Assembly: GCA_043228905.1 (NCBI GenBank) | Contig: JBHGNT010000008.1 | Span: 21,762,001-21,826,000 of the forward strand | Reading direction: 5' to 3' | DNA: 64,000 nt | Source of the DNA: Azolla caroliniana | Taxonomy: Eukaryota > Plantae > Polypodiophyta | Shown here: piece after piece, positions 24,216-36,796 of the stretch | Layout of the letters: each line of letters begins with the position of its first letter | Position numbering within the stretch: the stretch's first letter is position 1 | Notes under the pieces: generated by a model | The model's database searches: none | What the model was told of the DNA's origin: nothing | The model's input: only the letters and a program-made list of their open reading frames with translations | Program-made: the position numbers and the translations under genes

Positions 24216-27200
24216 TTTTCAAACTATTCAGCCGACGCCAGCGGCACAATTTGACTAGGCAACGGGCAAGAGTGCAAGATAGTTGGAATCAGGGAGGTTC
24301 CCATCAGATTGGCAAATGGCAACACAATAACCCTACACCGAGTTCAGTACGTACTCGATCTAAAGAGGAGTCTGGTCTCCATCAGCATGTTAGCCGAAGA
24401 CGGGTATCGCACGACTCTACATGAGTCGACATGGGTGATCAGCCGAGGAAACCTCAAAATCGGTAGTGGGCATAAGTATAATAATCTATACCCATTGATG
24501 GCGATCAACCCTAAAGGGGCCGTGAACGTAGCTGAAAAGACTGACCCGAACCTATGGCATGGCCGACTCAGCCATATGTCACAAGCCGGACTTGATCGGC
24601 TGATGTCGGCCGACTACATTTCGAAATTCCAGGCAAACAAGGACTTTTGCGAGCATTGTCAATATGGGAAACAAACCCGAAGTCCGCACTCTCTCCACTA
24701 CGAGACAATACGACAACCCCTAGAGCTCGTGCACATAGACATATGTGGGCCCATGCCAAAGCGATCACTAGGAGGCTCTTGGTACTTCATCACATTCGTA
24801 GATGATTGTACATGGAAAGTTTGGGCATACTCCATCAAGTCCAAAGATGAAGAGCTCGAGGTCTTCACTCAATGGATATTTGAAGTGGAGAACTGGTTGG
24901 GATACAGAGTGAAGACACTTCAATCCAACAATGGAGGTGAGTACACCTCCAGAGCCTTCAAACAATACTTGTTCGAAAAAGGGATCCAACATCAAAAGAC
25001 CGTTCCTTACACACCCATGCAGAATGGGGTGGATGAACGGATCAACCGAACGATCTAGGTGAGGGTGACGGCAATGCTCCGGCAAGCTGGACTGAAGCTG
25101 GAATTCTGGGCCAAGGCATTGCAGGTGCTGGCAAGAGCAATCAGGCTTGAAATGCCACAGGCACTATGGTCAGGCAAACAACCAACCTACAATAGGCTTC
25201 ATATATTCGGATGCAAAGCCTACGCGTTCATCCCCAGGGACAAAAGGACGAAGTTGGCACCCCATGCAACAAAGTGCATATTTCTCAGTTATGGAACCGA
25301 TGGGGACTTCGGCTACCGGCTATGGAACCCTGAGAACCGGAAATTGATCCGGAGCAACGACATAGTCTTCAATGAAGACTCTATCTTCTCTCAACGAAAC
25401 CAACAAAAAACAGTTGGTAAGAAGGTATCCTTCGAAGATGACAGCACTGTCGTGGAAGGACCAACCAACCGGGCCGAATTGGAGACTCGACAAACAATCG
25501 AACTCCAACAAGCTGCCAACATCCCTGCCGACACTGAATTGGCAACAAGTCCTATTGTCGAACTCAAAGACAAAGTCTTCAAAGACACAACTGAATCTAC
25601 AAGGATCGATACAAGCAAAGTCACCAAGAGACAAGTCAGAAAAGAGTCGATGACAACCACAGGGGAGGACAACCAAACACCGCCAAAATCCCAAACCGGG
25701 GGCGGGACACCTCACAAAACTCCTGACACAACTGGTTCAACGAATACCGATCGTCAATCGGAACCAATCGAAGGATCCAAACCAGATATTACGACACCCA
25801 GGAGATCTGGATGAGCTCGAAGGCCAACAGAGTTTTATCAACTGGGCCTCGACTATGTCAACTACACGGATGCAGACGAACCAAGCACGTATGAAGAAGC
25901 TATGGCCGCACCAGACATTGATACATGGCTACAAGCCATGAAATCCAAAATGGACTTGATTCATCAGAATCAGACACAGGAGCTGGTCGAACTACCAGTA
26001 AGAAGAAAGCCGCTACCTTGCAAATGGGTGTTCCGATACAAGTATGTATCCGACTCAGAGAAACCCAATTACAAAGCTCGACTTGTCGCGAAAGGATTCA
26101 AACAGGAATACGGGGTCGACTACGATGAGATATTCTCACCAATAATCAAGATAACCACCCTTCGACTCCTACTAGGAGTCGTGATGACAGAAAATCTAGA
26201 GCTCGAGCAGATGGACATAAAGATGACATTCCAACACAGAGATCTGGAAGAAGACATATACATGTCTCAACCAGCAGGCTTCACGGCGATGGGGGAGGAC
26301 AAGTCACCTCGTATGTTGACTAAAGAAAAGTCTATACAGCCTAAAACAAGCGTTGAGAATGTGGTACCAGAAGTTTGACTCCTATATATGGCAACTTGGA
26401 TACAACAGATCAGACTCTGACCCATGCATGTATGTTTGGCAATTGGCCGATGAGTCCAGGATCTATCTGATCCTATATGTCGACGACATGCTGATTGCAA
26501 GGAGCAATCAAGCAGAAATCGATAAGTTGAAGCGGAGCCTTCACGCAAAGTTCGCGATGAAGGAACTCGGACAAGCCCGACACATATTGGGCACGAGGAT
26601 AGAGCGAAATCGGACGACCAAAACTCTTCGACTCTCCTAGTCTGAATACATCCGCAAGGTGCTGAAGCGCTTCAACATGGAGAACGTGAAGCGAACACCG
26701 ACACCGCTTCCGATGTCAATCAGATTATCAAATAGAGACTCTCCTGCAACAGACAAGGAGAGAGAGCTTAATGGAAAGATACCCTACGCATCGGCAATAG
26801 GAAGTATCATGTACGCAATGGTGGTGACTTGACCCGACCTAGTCTATGCCATAGGGGTGGTCAGCCAGTACATGTCAAACCCAGGAAAGAAGCATTGGGA
26901 GGCCGTCAAGCACATCCGTAGGTATCTAAAAGGAACCCTGGATGCACAACTGACTTACAGACTGACAACCTCAGCCGAAGTCGAAGGCTACACTGATTTC
27001 GACTATGCTAGAAATGCAGATAATCAGAAATTGACATTAGGCTACATCTTCACCTATGGTGGCGGGGCGATATCATGGAGGTCGAAACTTCAAGAGTACA
27101 CGGCTCTGTCTACCACAAAAGCTGAGTACATAGCAGCATCGGAAGCAGCGAAGGAAGCGATCTGTGTATTGTATCTCGATGACAAGCAGAGTATTGTATC

Positions 27201-30200
27201 TTTGAGAAAGAACGAAGTAATACGAAGCTTTCCATTAAAGCTCCATCTATGTAAGTCTCCACGCCTATCCTATTTTCTGTATTTGTTGTTTGTTGTCCAG
27301 TACCGACTACAAATCCATACACATTTCCACACATAACACTCGTACCCACACAAGTTGCAATAGAACATCGCGGTCTTCCCTGGTTATTACGATCCAATAA
27401 GTTATTGTTTGTATTGAACTAAGAATTCGGCACGTTGATCTCCATTGGAGTTACCGTGGGTTCCATTGGATTTTCCTGGTTGCTCTGTTGTGATTGTTTA
27501 GGTGTGGCTGCAATTCGATGTAGCTTGGAGACTCTATGCGCTCTGCAATTTGTACCGCCATCTGAAATGTTGTTGGCCCTTGATCTTTCACATGCCTGGA
27601 TATATCGTGGCATAACCGAGGTAGTTAGAAATAGAGTTTCATAGTCTCTTTCATATGTGGATATACCCTTAACAACAGTAACGCTTTAACATGACTGCGA
27701 ATTGTGCCACTGGTTCATGTGGTTGTTGGTGTAGGGTGTCAAATTGTTGTAGTGTTGTTTGAGTGACATCATTGTTGGCAAATTGTTGCACTAATTGCTC
27801 ATGCAGGTATGGCCAGTGGCGTTTTATCTCCTTAGGCTGTTGGATGAACCAGGTTGCAGCCACATGCACTAGAACTGTGCGTAGCTCGAGTGCCTTCTGG
27901 TCGCCGTCCCACTCATGATATTCTACTACATTCTCGAAGTGATCCAACCAAGCTAGAATGTCCTCTGTTGGAAGTCCAGAGAAAGATTCTGGCCGGATTC
28001 TTCAATCTTTTTGTTTCTCGGGTTTGACATTTAATGGTGACGGATTAGTTAACCAATTCATTGGTGTCTAATTTGTGTGATTTACCTGCACCATCATGGT
28101 AGTTATGGCTTGAAACATATGGTCATTAGCAGGGCTTGGCGAATGTTGTTCCACGAATTTTGGCTACATACTCATGCTGCCATCGAACTTTGATTTCTTG
28201 GCGAATGTTGTCATGTATCGAGATTGCACAATCATGTGGTTTGGGCTTCTATTCAGTCCTGATACATTGGTCCCAAAAAGATGTTGTAGGAATCAATGGC
28301 TATGTGGGTAGCTAATGGCTTACAACGTATTTTAGAATTTTTCAAGTGTAAATCCAAGGAAAGGTTTTCTGTCTCGTGCTTCTCTTGTTTCTTTACATCG
28401 GTTACAGGAACGTTATCCACATTGTACTTGGATTGCTCAGAAACTTGGGTCAACAAAACAAGAACTTGTTGTACCATTAGAAAAGCATGCAAATTTTCAA
28501 TATCGTCGTAGGGCAGCTAATTGGACCCAAATGGGTGATAAATGCACCGCTGAATTTTTTCATACAATGAGACCCAATCATAATGTGGTTTCACTCAAAC
28601 AACTATAACATGAGAATGGAACCATCTTATTTGACCCTCAAGTGAGGAGAGAAATAGCCACACGATATTATTCCAACCTATTATCAAGAGTTTCCTTTTC
28701 CGATGAGGATTTAATAAGTCAGTCCTATGTATGGAATAAGTTGAATCCAAGAATAACACAAGATATGAATGTGCACCTTCAGGACATTCTTACATATGAT
28801 GAATTGAGTGAAGCACTTCAAGCTTTGCCTAGAAATGGTTGTCTAGGTATGGATGGTCTAACCCCAATATTCTTCATTAAATATTGGGACTTGTTCAGAG
28901 CAGATTTATGTACAACATTCCAACAAATTCTTCGAGAGGGTAATATTTCTTCACATTTTACAAAAGGACTAATTTACCTTATCCCTAAATCAGATGGTCC
29001 TTCACTAGATATCAAGAAATGGTGTCTGATTACACTACTGAATACGGCGTATAAAATCCTAGCTAAAGCAATTAGTATACGACTTAGTACTATAATGCTT
29101 ACAGTTCTACATCCGACTCAACAAGATTCATTCGAGAAAGGAGCATTTTGGATCATGTTTACACATTTTGGGAATCAATTGCATTGGCAGCCAAATCTAA
29201 TCAAAAGTTGGTTGTTGTTATGCTTGATTTTGAGAAAGCTTACGATCGTGTTGACTGGGAAATTTTGCAAGGTGTATTGGCTTATTTTGATTTCTCGAAA
29301 GAATGGATAAGAGGTATTTCTTCATTATATAATTCTGCATAAAGCCGAGTCTTACTGGCTAGGAATTATGGCCCTTTTTTTTCTATTTCTCGATTAGTTC
29401 ACCAGGGTTGTCCTTTGGGTCCCTTCCTGTTTTTGTTTTTTTGTTGAGGCAATGATTTCATTTTTTAATGCTAGTGATATTGGTATACATGGACTGCATC
29501 TCACGAGTCTCAAATATAGAAGTAGGGGACGCTGAATTTGCAAATGACATTGCCCCTATACTTAAAAGTTGATTTGGAACATTTCCAAAAAATAGAATTG
29601 GCCATATCCACGTTCTGTGAGGCTTGAAGTGCACTAGTCAATTGGAACAAGTCCTTTGCATTTTGGGTGGGGGATGTAGATCCTCCTCCATGGAATCCTC
29701 ATTCGCAATTTTAGTGGATACCATCAGGTTGCCCAGTTCAGTACCTAAGATGTACCATAGGTATTGATCTTTCAATGGACAATCAAGTGCCACCCCTCCT
29801 CTTGTCATTGCGGAAAAAGTTGTTATTATGGAATTCAGCCAAGTTGTTTTTTGTTGGTCGAATTGTAGTTGTAAATTATCAGGTTTTATTGGCTTCAACA
29901 TGGTATGTTCTATCATGTTGGATATTCTCCAAGTCATGTATTCTAAAAATACATAGACTGATTCGTAATTTCTTGTGGTTCAGTAAAACAAAAGGCAATG
30001 CTCGATCTAAAGTGAAATGGGATGTTATTACCTTACCTCGTTCTAAAGGAGGATTAGGTATTATTGATCCAAAAGACCAATCAAGTGCATTGTTAAGTAA
30101 ATTGCTCATTAGAGGATTTACGTTGTGGCAAGAGATATGGAAAATATTATTACTTTACCGTTGTTCAGATTGCCCTCCTCACTTAGGTGCCCCTTGGTCA

Positions 30201-32409
30201 AAGGATGTAAATTGGATATTTAGGGAAAATTTCCAAGTACCTTCAGCTAATAGATGGGAAGACAAATTTATTAGGACATTATTTTCAGCATGGCAACAAG
30301 GGTACCTGGTTCGCTTCACAATAAACCCAACCCCAAACATTATCTTGAGTATCTTAGTCAAAGAATAGTCTAGAACCCGTTATTTACAACATCAGATGGT
30401 TGAGTGTTGGGTTCTAGACTATTATGTACACATAACGTAGGTGAGGGCAAGTCCCTAATATTTACATAAGTGAAGGGTATGTTCACTAATGTTAAAAAAG
30501 GGACTAATGTGATTGGATAGAAGGAACGATAGGTACATGCACTATCATGATTTGGACAACCAATGAATGGAGAGTCTTTTAGAAAGGCACATCTATTCAA
30601 GGGGCCTAAGAAAAGGTATAAATATGAGGCTTATCTACCCTCATAAGAACATCACGTCGGAAGTCTATTGTCTTAGACACTGGTGGTGCGGGCTAGGCTT
30701 TTGTCTCGACAATCGTGTTATCTCTTCCAAGGTATTAGTCATCCTAATATCCGGCGGTATGGGACGTCTGTGGTAGTTTGGCTATGTCTAGATCATAGTT
30801 CGGGGGTGCTCGGGTGGAATGGGTTCTTCTATTCAATCTATTTTCCTTCTTTTTACTTTATTTTGGTCTATTGATTAGTAATAGACTCTTAATATAGACA
30901 ATGGTTATCGTGGGGAAATATGACAAAAGGTCTTGTGAAAACAGTTCGGACTTGACAAGAATTTTTATCGCGTTGATGGGAAGAGCAAAAAGAAATCCTA
31001 GGTAAGATGCATGGCGGTCAAATAAATGTATCAACAAAATCAAGAAGTTATGAGTAGACTCCCCATACCACCCAATAACTCTAACCCTAGATGGGTTGGG
31101 GGTTTTTCAAGATTGGAAGTACTCTTGGTTGTTAAGGGGTGTTCAAATGATAAGACCTATCGGTTTTTTGAGGTGGATGAAACAAACCAATTGTCTCAGT
31201 CGGGGGAAATGGTGATAGATTACCCTTATGCTATTGAATAGAAGATAAGTTTCATCGGATATGCCGATTGTAAATGGTATATTGATCCAATGATAGAGGA
31301 AATAAGGGCACATTGGAAGTTGTGGGTATTGGCTAAAAAACCAGTATTTAGATTAGATTGGGACCTAATTGATTATCAATGTTAGATCCTTTTACGGGTA
31401 ACAAGTTCAATTTCTTCCAATATTCTATATAGTTGGGAAGACATGTGCTTTCAGATACACGGGATATGTTACCAACTGCATTTCAATATTGGAATCAATA
31501 AGAACACCGAGACATTTGAAACAGGTAATATGTCGCATTCCCTTTTTGATATTAACGTGAGATGTCAAGAAATACCTTTTTTTAACGAACTTTCAAGAAC
31601 ATATCACGCATGCATACATTATTTTTAAAGACACCGCTCAAATATGCAGTTAATATTTTTAAGATTGCAAACTTAACCTTCATTTATTCAATCTATGATA
31701 AATTTATCCAATTCTTAGATAAGATGATGGGAATCCATGCAATTATGATTGTATTATGCTTCATTGTACATAACGTTAAATTTGAATCTAACTTAACAAA
31801 ATTTGAAATCCAATTATGTGTGTGTATTTGTCCCTAAGACTTATGAAGATGGATCTGTCGAGTTTGTAAATAGGGTTTAAGGTTACAACTAGAAAAATAT
31901 TCGTAAAAGCAAATCTCACAAGATACCACGCAAGCAAAAAACCACTAGCAAATTATATGCCAATCATGTGAACAAACGTGAACGCATAATCATATGAACA
32001 ACCATCTTGACTTAATATCATTCTGATTACCCAAAACTAGTTTACTAAGAATTATGACAACATAAATCATATTAATAGGATACCAACTATACTTAAACAA
32101 TAAGTTCAATGAATCATATGTAATGCCTAATTTACACATTAACAAGAGTCGCCCATTCAAGTTAAAAATAATCGAGATACAATAATATCCAATCATTGGC
32201 ATACAAATGATAGAGTAAAAAGAAAATGTTCAATGGAAATTATATTTAACCATATACACTACAAGTCAAAACACATTTAAGACACATTGAGCTAGAGACA
32301 GCAAAAGAATAAAGAAAAAATGTTACTAGGAGATTATACTGAAACCAAAAGTTGTTACAATTCAAAATAATGTTCAACATACACAAAGCACTCTACATAT
32401 ATATATGTT

Positions 32410-35053
32410 TCATTCCATTAGTAAATCTGGAACTGGCTGCTCTCCAAGATCAACTGGTTATTGTGTCATATCAGCATTTGCCTCTTCTGTCTGCTCAACT
32501 GAATCAAGCATTTGTTCGAATTGTAATACATCCTCAAGATCGACAAGGTCCCCTCCTTCTTCATCAATAGGTTCCATCGGTTCTTGGGAGGTCAACTAGA
32601 ACATCTCAGTTTCATTAATATGCTTCTCCAAGGTGACATAGTTCCTAACCATCTTTAAAGCACATGCAGTCATAGTTCTTGAAAAAACAATCATAATTAC
32701 GTAAGTGAGAAAACATATTCGGGGAAATCAATTTTATTTTAAGATAAAGTGATCATGCTTGTAAGAACACCTATTCCAAAAAATAAGTCGAGAACCCAAT
32801 CATGAGGGTTAGAAAATAGCTCAAATCGATTGATTAATCCTTGTGGTTTTTGGTAGGGGTTTACTAGAGTTTTATTGCCAGAAACATGGCACGGCTTCTT
32901 CGTCACAGCTGGGCACATGATGTAATTTACGATATTTCACTCATTCACATGTGCCCGAGCCTTTTTCTTAGAAATTGCATCATAGTACCCCAAGCACAAA
33001 TGTTCCACAGCGTTGACCATTCGATCTCCTAGGGTATGAGTTATATTCGTTTTAACCCTATTTGTATAATGGAATGGAAATAAGTAAATATTACCAAATT
33101 TTCTATATAGTAAGTGCATTTGAAATCATATATTAATATATAGCAACATGAAGCTTACCAATGCATGTGTTCAGTTGCATGGCATCTTGACTTTAACGCA
33201 ATAGTGACCAATAAAGACTGGCCCATACTATGGAATATTACGATTCGCCACAAAGGAGCCAAGGTCAGCTTTGCAAAGTCCTTCATCGTCTTTTCTATTC
33301 GAGGATACTTATACGGCACGTCATCATATGTGGATCCGGTTATTCGAAATCAATATGGTATATCCGCAACGAGCAACGTATAATGCCTCTTGGGTAATAT
33401 GTCAAGCATATTACCCACATCCCCATTATATACACTATAGTACAGTTGGCGGAAAGGATCACCCTTGTGTAAAAAATACTTCATTGTATCCGAGTATGCG
33501 GGCACCTCTACCTCCTTTCCTTTTGTTATTCGCTTTTCATATTTCGCTCATTCCAAGTGAGTGATGAATGTGCGTGGTATGCCTTCATTGCTATCACCTA
33601 GTTTTTTCTAGCAAGGTGGTTTCTGCAATTATCAGTTTTGTAAGAAAATACCCATTATCCTATAATTAATTAAAATTGTAAACACACATACCCATTCTCT
33701 AAATACAATAAAGAATTCTTCAAGAGCCTTGTATGATGATGTCTTTGGGCATGATTGCTCCACTTCTTCCCATGTTGGCAGGGACAATTGTTTCATCATC
33801 AACTCTTGTATCTTCATGTAAAACTTATGGCTAAAAAACATTACACATAAAGGTCAAAATCAAGTGTAAATTAACAAAGCAATCCAAACACAAACAATAA
33901 TACAAAAAGAAAACTCACTTTTGGAATTCTGTAACCATTTCGTCTAAGCTAAATTCCTTAGCAACCACTCATGAAAGTACAGATATTAATAATCTATCAT
34001 CTTTTATTCCTTGCAATGACCGCCAAGGAAGCAGCTTCATATCCTCGTCAACTAACTCTAGAACTTCGAGTTCATCTTCCTCAAGATGCTTCCATTTCTT
34101 GTATTTTTTATGTTTTGATTTCGCTTTTCGGGCAGTCTTCAACGGTGTCTCTACTTGAGCGACCATGAGTTCTCCTTTGATGTAAGGGTGCACAGCAGCA
34201 ATTAGGTTGTTTTTTTGTTTGTACATCTTTTTTGAGGGCTTTAGGGTGGCAAGAGTCCGTCACAAAATAGCCCTCATCAACTAGAACCCTTCGCATTCCC
34301 CCCAAGCTCTCAACATCATGTAGCAGGTTAGGTGAATCATTATCTTCGTATTCGGCATTTCTTACCTAGCCGTAAGTGAAGGTTTTCCCCACCTGTAGCT
34401 TGCCTTGACCTTCAGACTTTGCAAATATGAGGAGCAAGTCCCCCTCTTCCTCGGCATAAATCAATGCCCATTCTAAGTGGAGGTAGTTTTTTAGACGAGG
34501 CTCGACGACGAGATTATCAGCCAATGTCTTAATTGTGTTGCCAACGTGACCTTCCGACTCAATCAACGTCCTTCTTGAAGCCTCTTTCACAACGCTGTCA
34601 GAAGGCCTTTTTGTCGGCGAGGGAATCTTTAGCTTAAATGATGGAACCCTTTGCAAGGCTTAATGTAAATCATAGACAATAACATAATCTTAAGAAAATC
34701 TAGTTGAAAATGGACATGTAAGGTTAAAACTATTAAGAAGTTACTTAAAATCAACAGACTAACCCCTAAATATCACTAAAAATCACTATCTAGACTACTA
34801 AAAAATAACCACAAAAATGTAAATAAAATTTCCCTAAGCCACACATTAGTGGCTTTCAACAGGAAACCGATGCACTACATCGAATTCCCATAGAGTATAC
34901 AGGAATTCAATGCACTGCTTGAGTTCCCATATACTCCACTTTGATAATTAGATTAAAATTAATCAAAAGAAAAAATCATCTTTAGAGAATCTTTAGGGAA
35001 TATTAAGAATCGGTTAAAAAAAGATACTTGGCAATTTTATTTCCCTTGTTCAT
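32410..35053 (-). pseudogene. Spliced beta-class N6-adenine/N4-cytosine DNA methyltransferase gene (N6_N4_Mtase-like) with a long N-terminal region; decayed
   Basis: Exon 33159-33622: YNGDVGNMLDILPKRHYTLLVADIPY*. Exon 32771-33057: WVK..AVEH..NPYQKPQGLINRFELFSNPHDWVLDLFFGIG. Exon 32410-32678: TMTACALKMVRNYVTLE plus an acidic tail. Several in-frame stops and one decayed acceptor. Upstream exons and the ATG at 35053 are tentative. Confidence 0.82.
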
Positions 35054-35313
35054 GGTGTCGGGGTTGAGTCGAGGTGTTCAAGAAGACGAAAATTGAGAGT
35101 GTGAGATACCTAGTGCTCTTGAGATCTTGGAAACCTTCAACGCGATAATGACAATGAGAAGATGACTTTCCTTTATATATTAATAATTTAAATTATTATT
35201 TTAGGAGAAAAATTAAATAAAATTATTTATTGAAATTTATTTTTATATGTGGCTTATTTTAGAAGAAATTTTACTACTTTTTCCCTCATTTGATCTAATC
35301 GGCCCCAGTCCAG

Positions 35314-36753
35314 ATGTCCTCGACATCGAGTATAAATTCTCTATTTTCTATTGGACCTTTTACTTTATCTAATAGCTCATTATTCTCCACCGAGGAATAC
35401 AACCATCTAAATATTAAACGGTGCCAACATGAAGAGTCCAACAGTGATATTGGGCAAAGTTTGAACTCCCTTTTTTCGATCGAGCCTTTTAACTTTGGTG
35501 GTCATCAAAAAAGTAAAGTAGTTACAAATAGTGAAGGTGTTGATTCATCTTATGACAAAGAGGATTGTGTAAATCGACCTCTCAATTTTCGAAGAGTTCC
35601 ACAACAAGTGAGTGTTAAAAGCTATATATTTTTGTGTTCAAATCGTCAAATTGCATTTGATGCAAGCAAGCCATGTTGTGGGAATCTTTGTCTTTCGAAA
35701 TTTGGAAATGCAAACTTGAGGGGATTGCGACATAAGTATTTGTCACTTAATGGTGACGAACAAGATACTTTTATGATTTCACATATGCAACTTGTTAAGG
35801 ACCATACAATAGAGCCAAGTTCCATGCATGTCGAATATTACCTTTCACTCAGTATGAAGAGTTTTCGAGTTGCTTTCAAAATTGTTTATAGCATTGGTAA
35901 CATGAGGCTCTAGAGAATCCACCATCTATTAGTAAAGGGTTCGTGGGTACCATTGTCGTGTGGCACGTGACACACGTGCCAAATGTCGGGATGTGCGCGT
36001 CACAAGTGCAGACAAGCATCGGGCCTCTATCCGCTAGTGGTTATGGAGGATTGATGATGGGATTTCGGCACCTACGGGACGGTCGAACAGGACGACCGAG
36101 GTCTTTGACTGGCAAGAACGAATCGGGTGAGTTGTGCTTATCGTCTGGTCATCCTTTGTTGTCGAAGACGCACTCGAACCAGACTCAACGACGCGATGGA
36201 TTGACGTATAGGCAACTGAAGTGACGCATTAATGTGGTTGAGAGTGAGAGAGAGAGAAACGAAAATTGAGGAAGTGTTTAAGATAGATAGATAGATAGAG
36301 TTGAATTCCAATTTTGGGTTTGAACCCTTGACTTCAATTTCGAGAGACAAGACACATCATCAATAAGATTAACTAGGTTTTTTATTATTATTAATTTTTT
36401 ATTTGATACATAACTTTCTTAATCGATAGATCGATCCCTTTTTTCCCCTTCCTCTCCTTCTTATATAGATGCCCCCATGCATATGTGCATGTGAGGGTGT
36501 AGTACATGCATACATGCATAAAATGCATGCGATGCATGATCGCCATTTGACGCTCATACATCACATGTGATGCATGATGACTATGTACCTTATCTAAGCT
36601 CTCATGTACGAGCAGTTTCGTGTGAAATGTACAATGAATAAAAATAACTTTCAAATGAAATAACCTAGTCTAATGGTATGTCTATTGCCTCCTATCTTGA
36701 AGGTGTAAGGTTCAAAACCCTTATTTACACCTCATTGTACGTGTTAGGCTTAT

Positions 36754-36796
<43 letters not shown>

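Larger units (their letters stand above)
17369..27350 (+). mobile_element. Decayed Copia element (5' LTR 17369-17689, PBS Met-i 17692-17703, truncated 3' LTR 27163-27350), interrupted by an intact Copia
   Basis: TSD CAAGT at 17364-17368 and 27351-27355. LTR copies match from 17502/27163. gag 17790-18356, integrase 24309-25400, RT (LILYVDDMLI) 25902-26640. RNase H is cut at AAKEAI, where the 3' LTR begins with no PPT. Confidence 0.9.
16225..28250 (-). mobile_element. Decayed Ty3/Gypsy element interrupted by the Copia at 17369-27350
   Basis: gag at 27669-27990, a zinc knuckle split at the insertion, protease ALLDSGSTIS (~17120-17150), and RT 16225-16611 (FRFCTDFRQLNK..YPLPRIDELL..FTSLDLA). No LTRs identified. 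Confidence 0.8.

Noticed and set aside
32410-33622. Bacterial contamination as the source of the methyltransferase
   Set aside because: The gene has spliceosomal introns and sits inside a TIR element nested in a plant LINE.
36660-36725. Bona fide tRNA gene
   Set aside because: A/B boxes are present but there is no convincing acceptor stem or cloverleaf. Reported only as a tRNA-like module.
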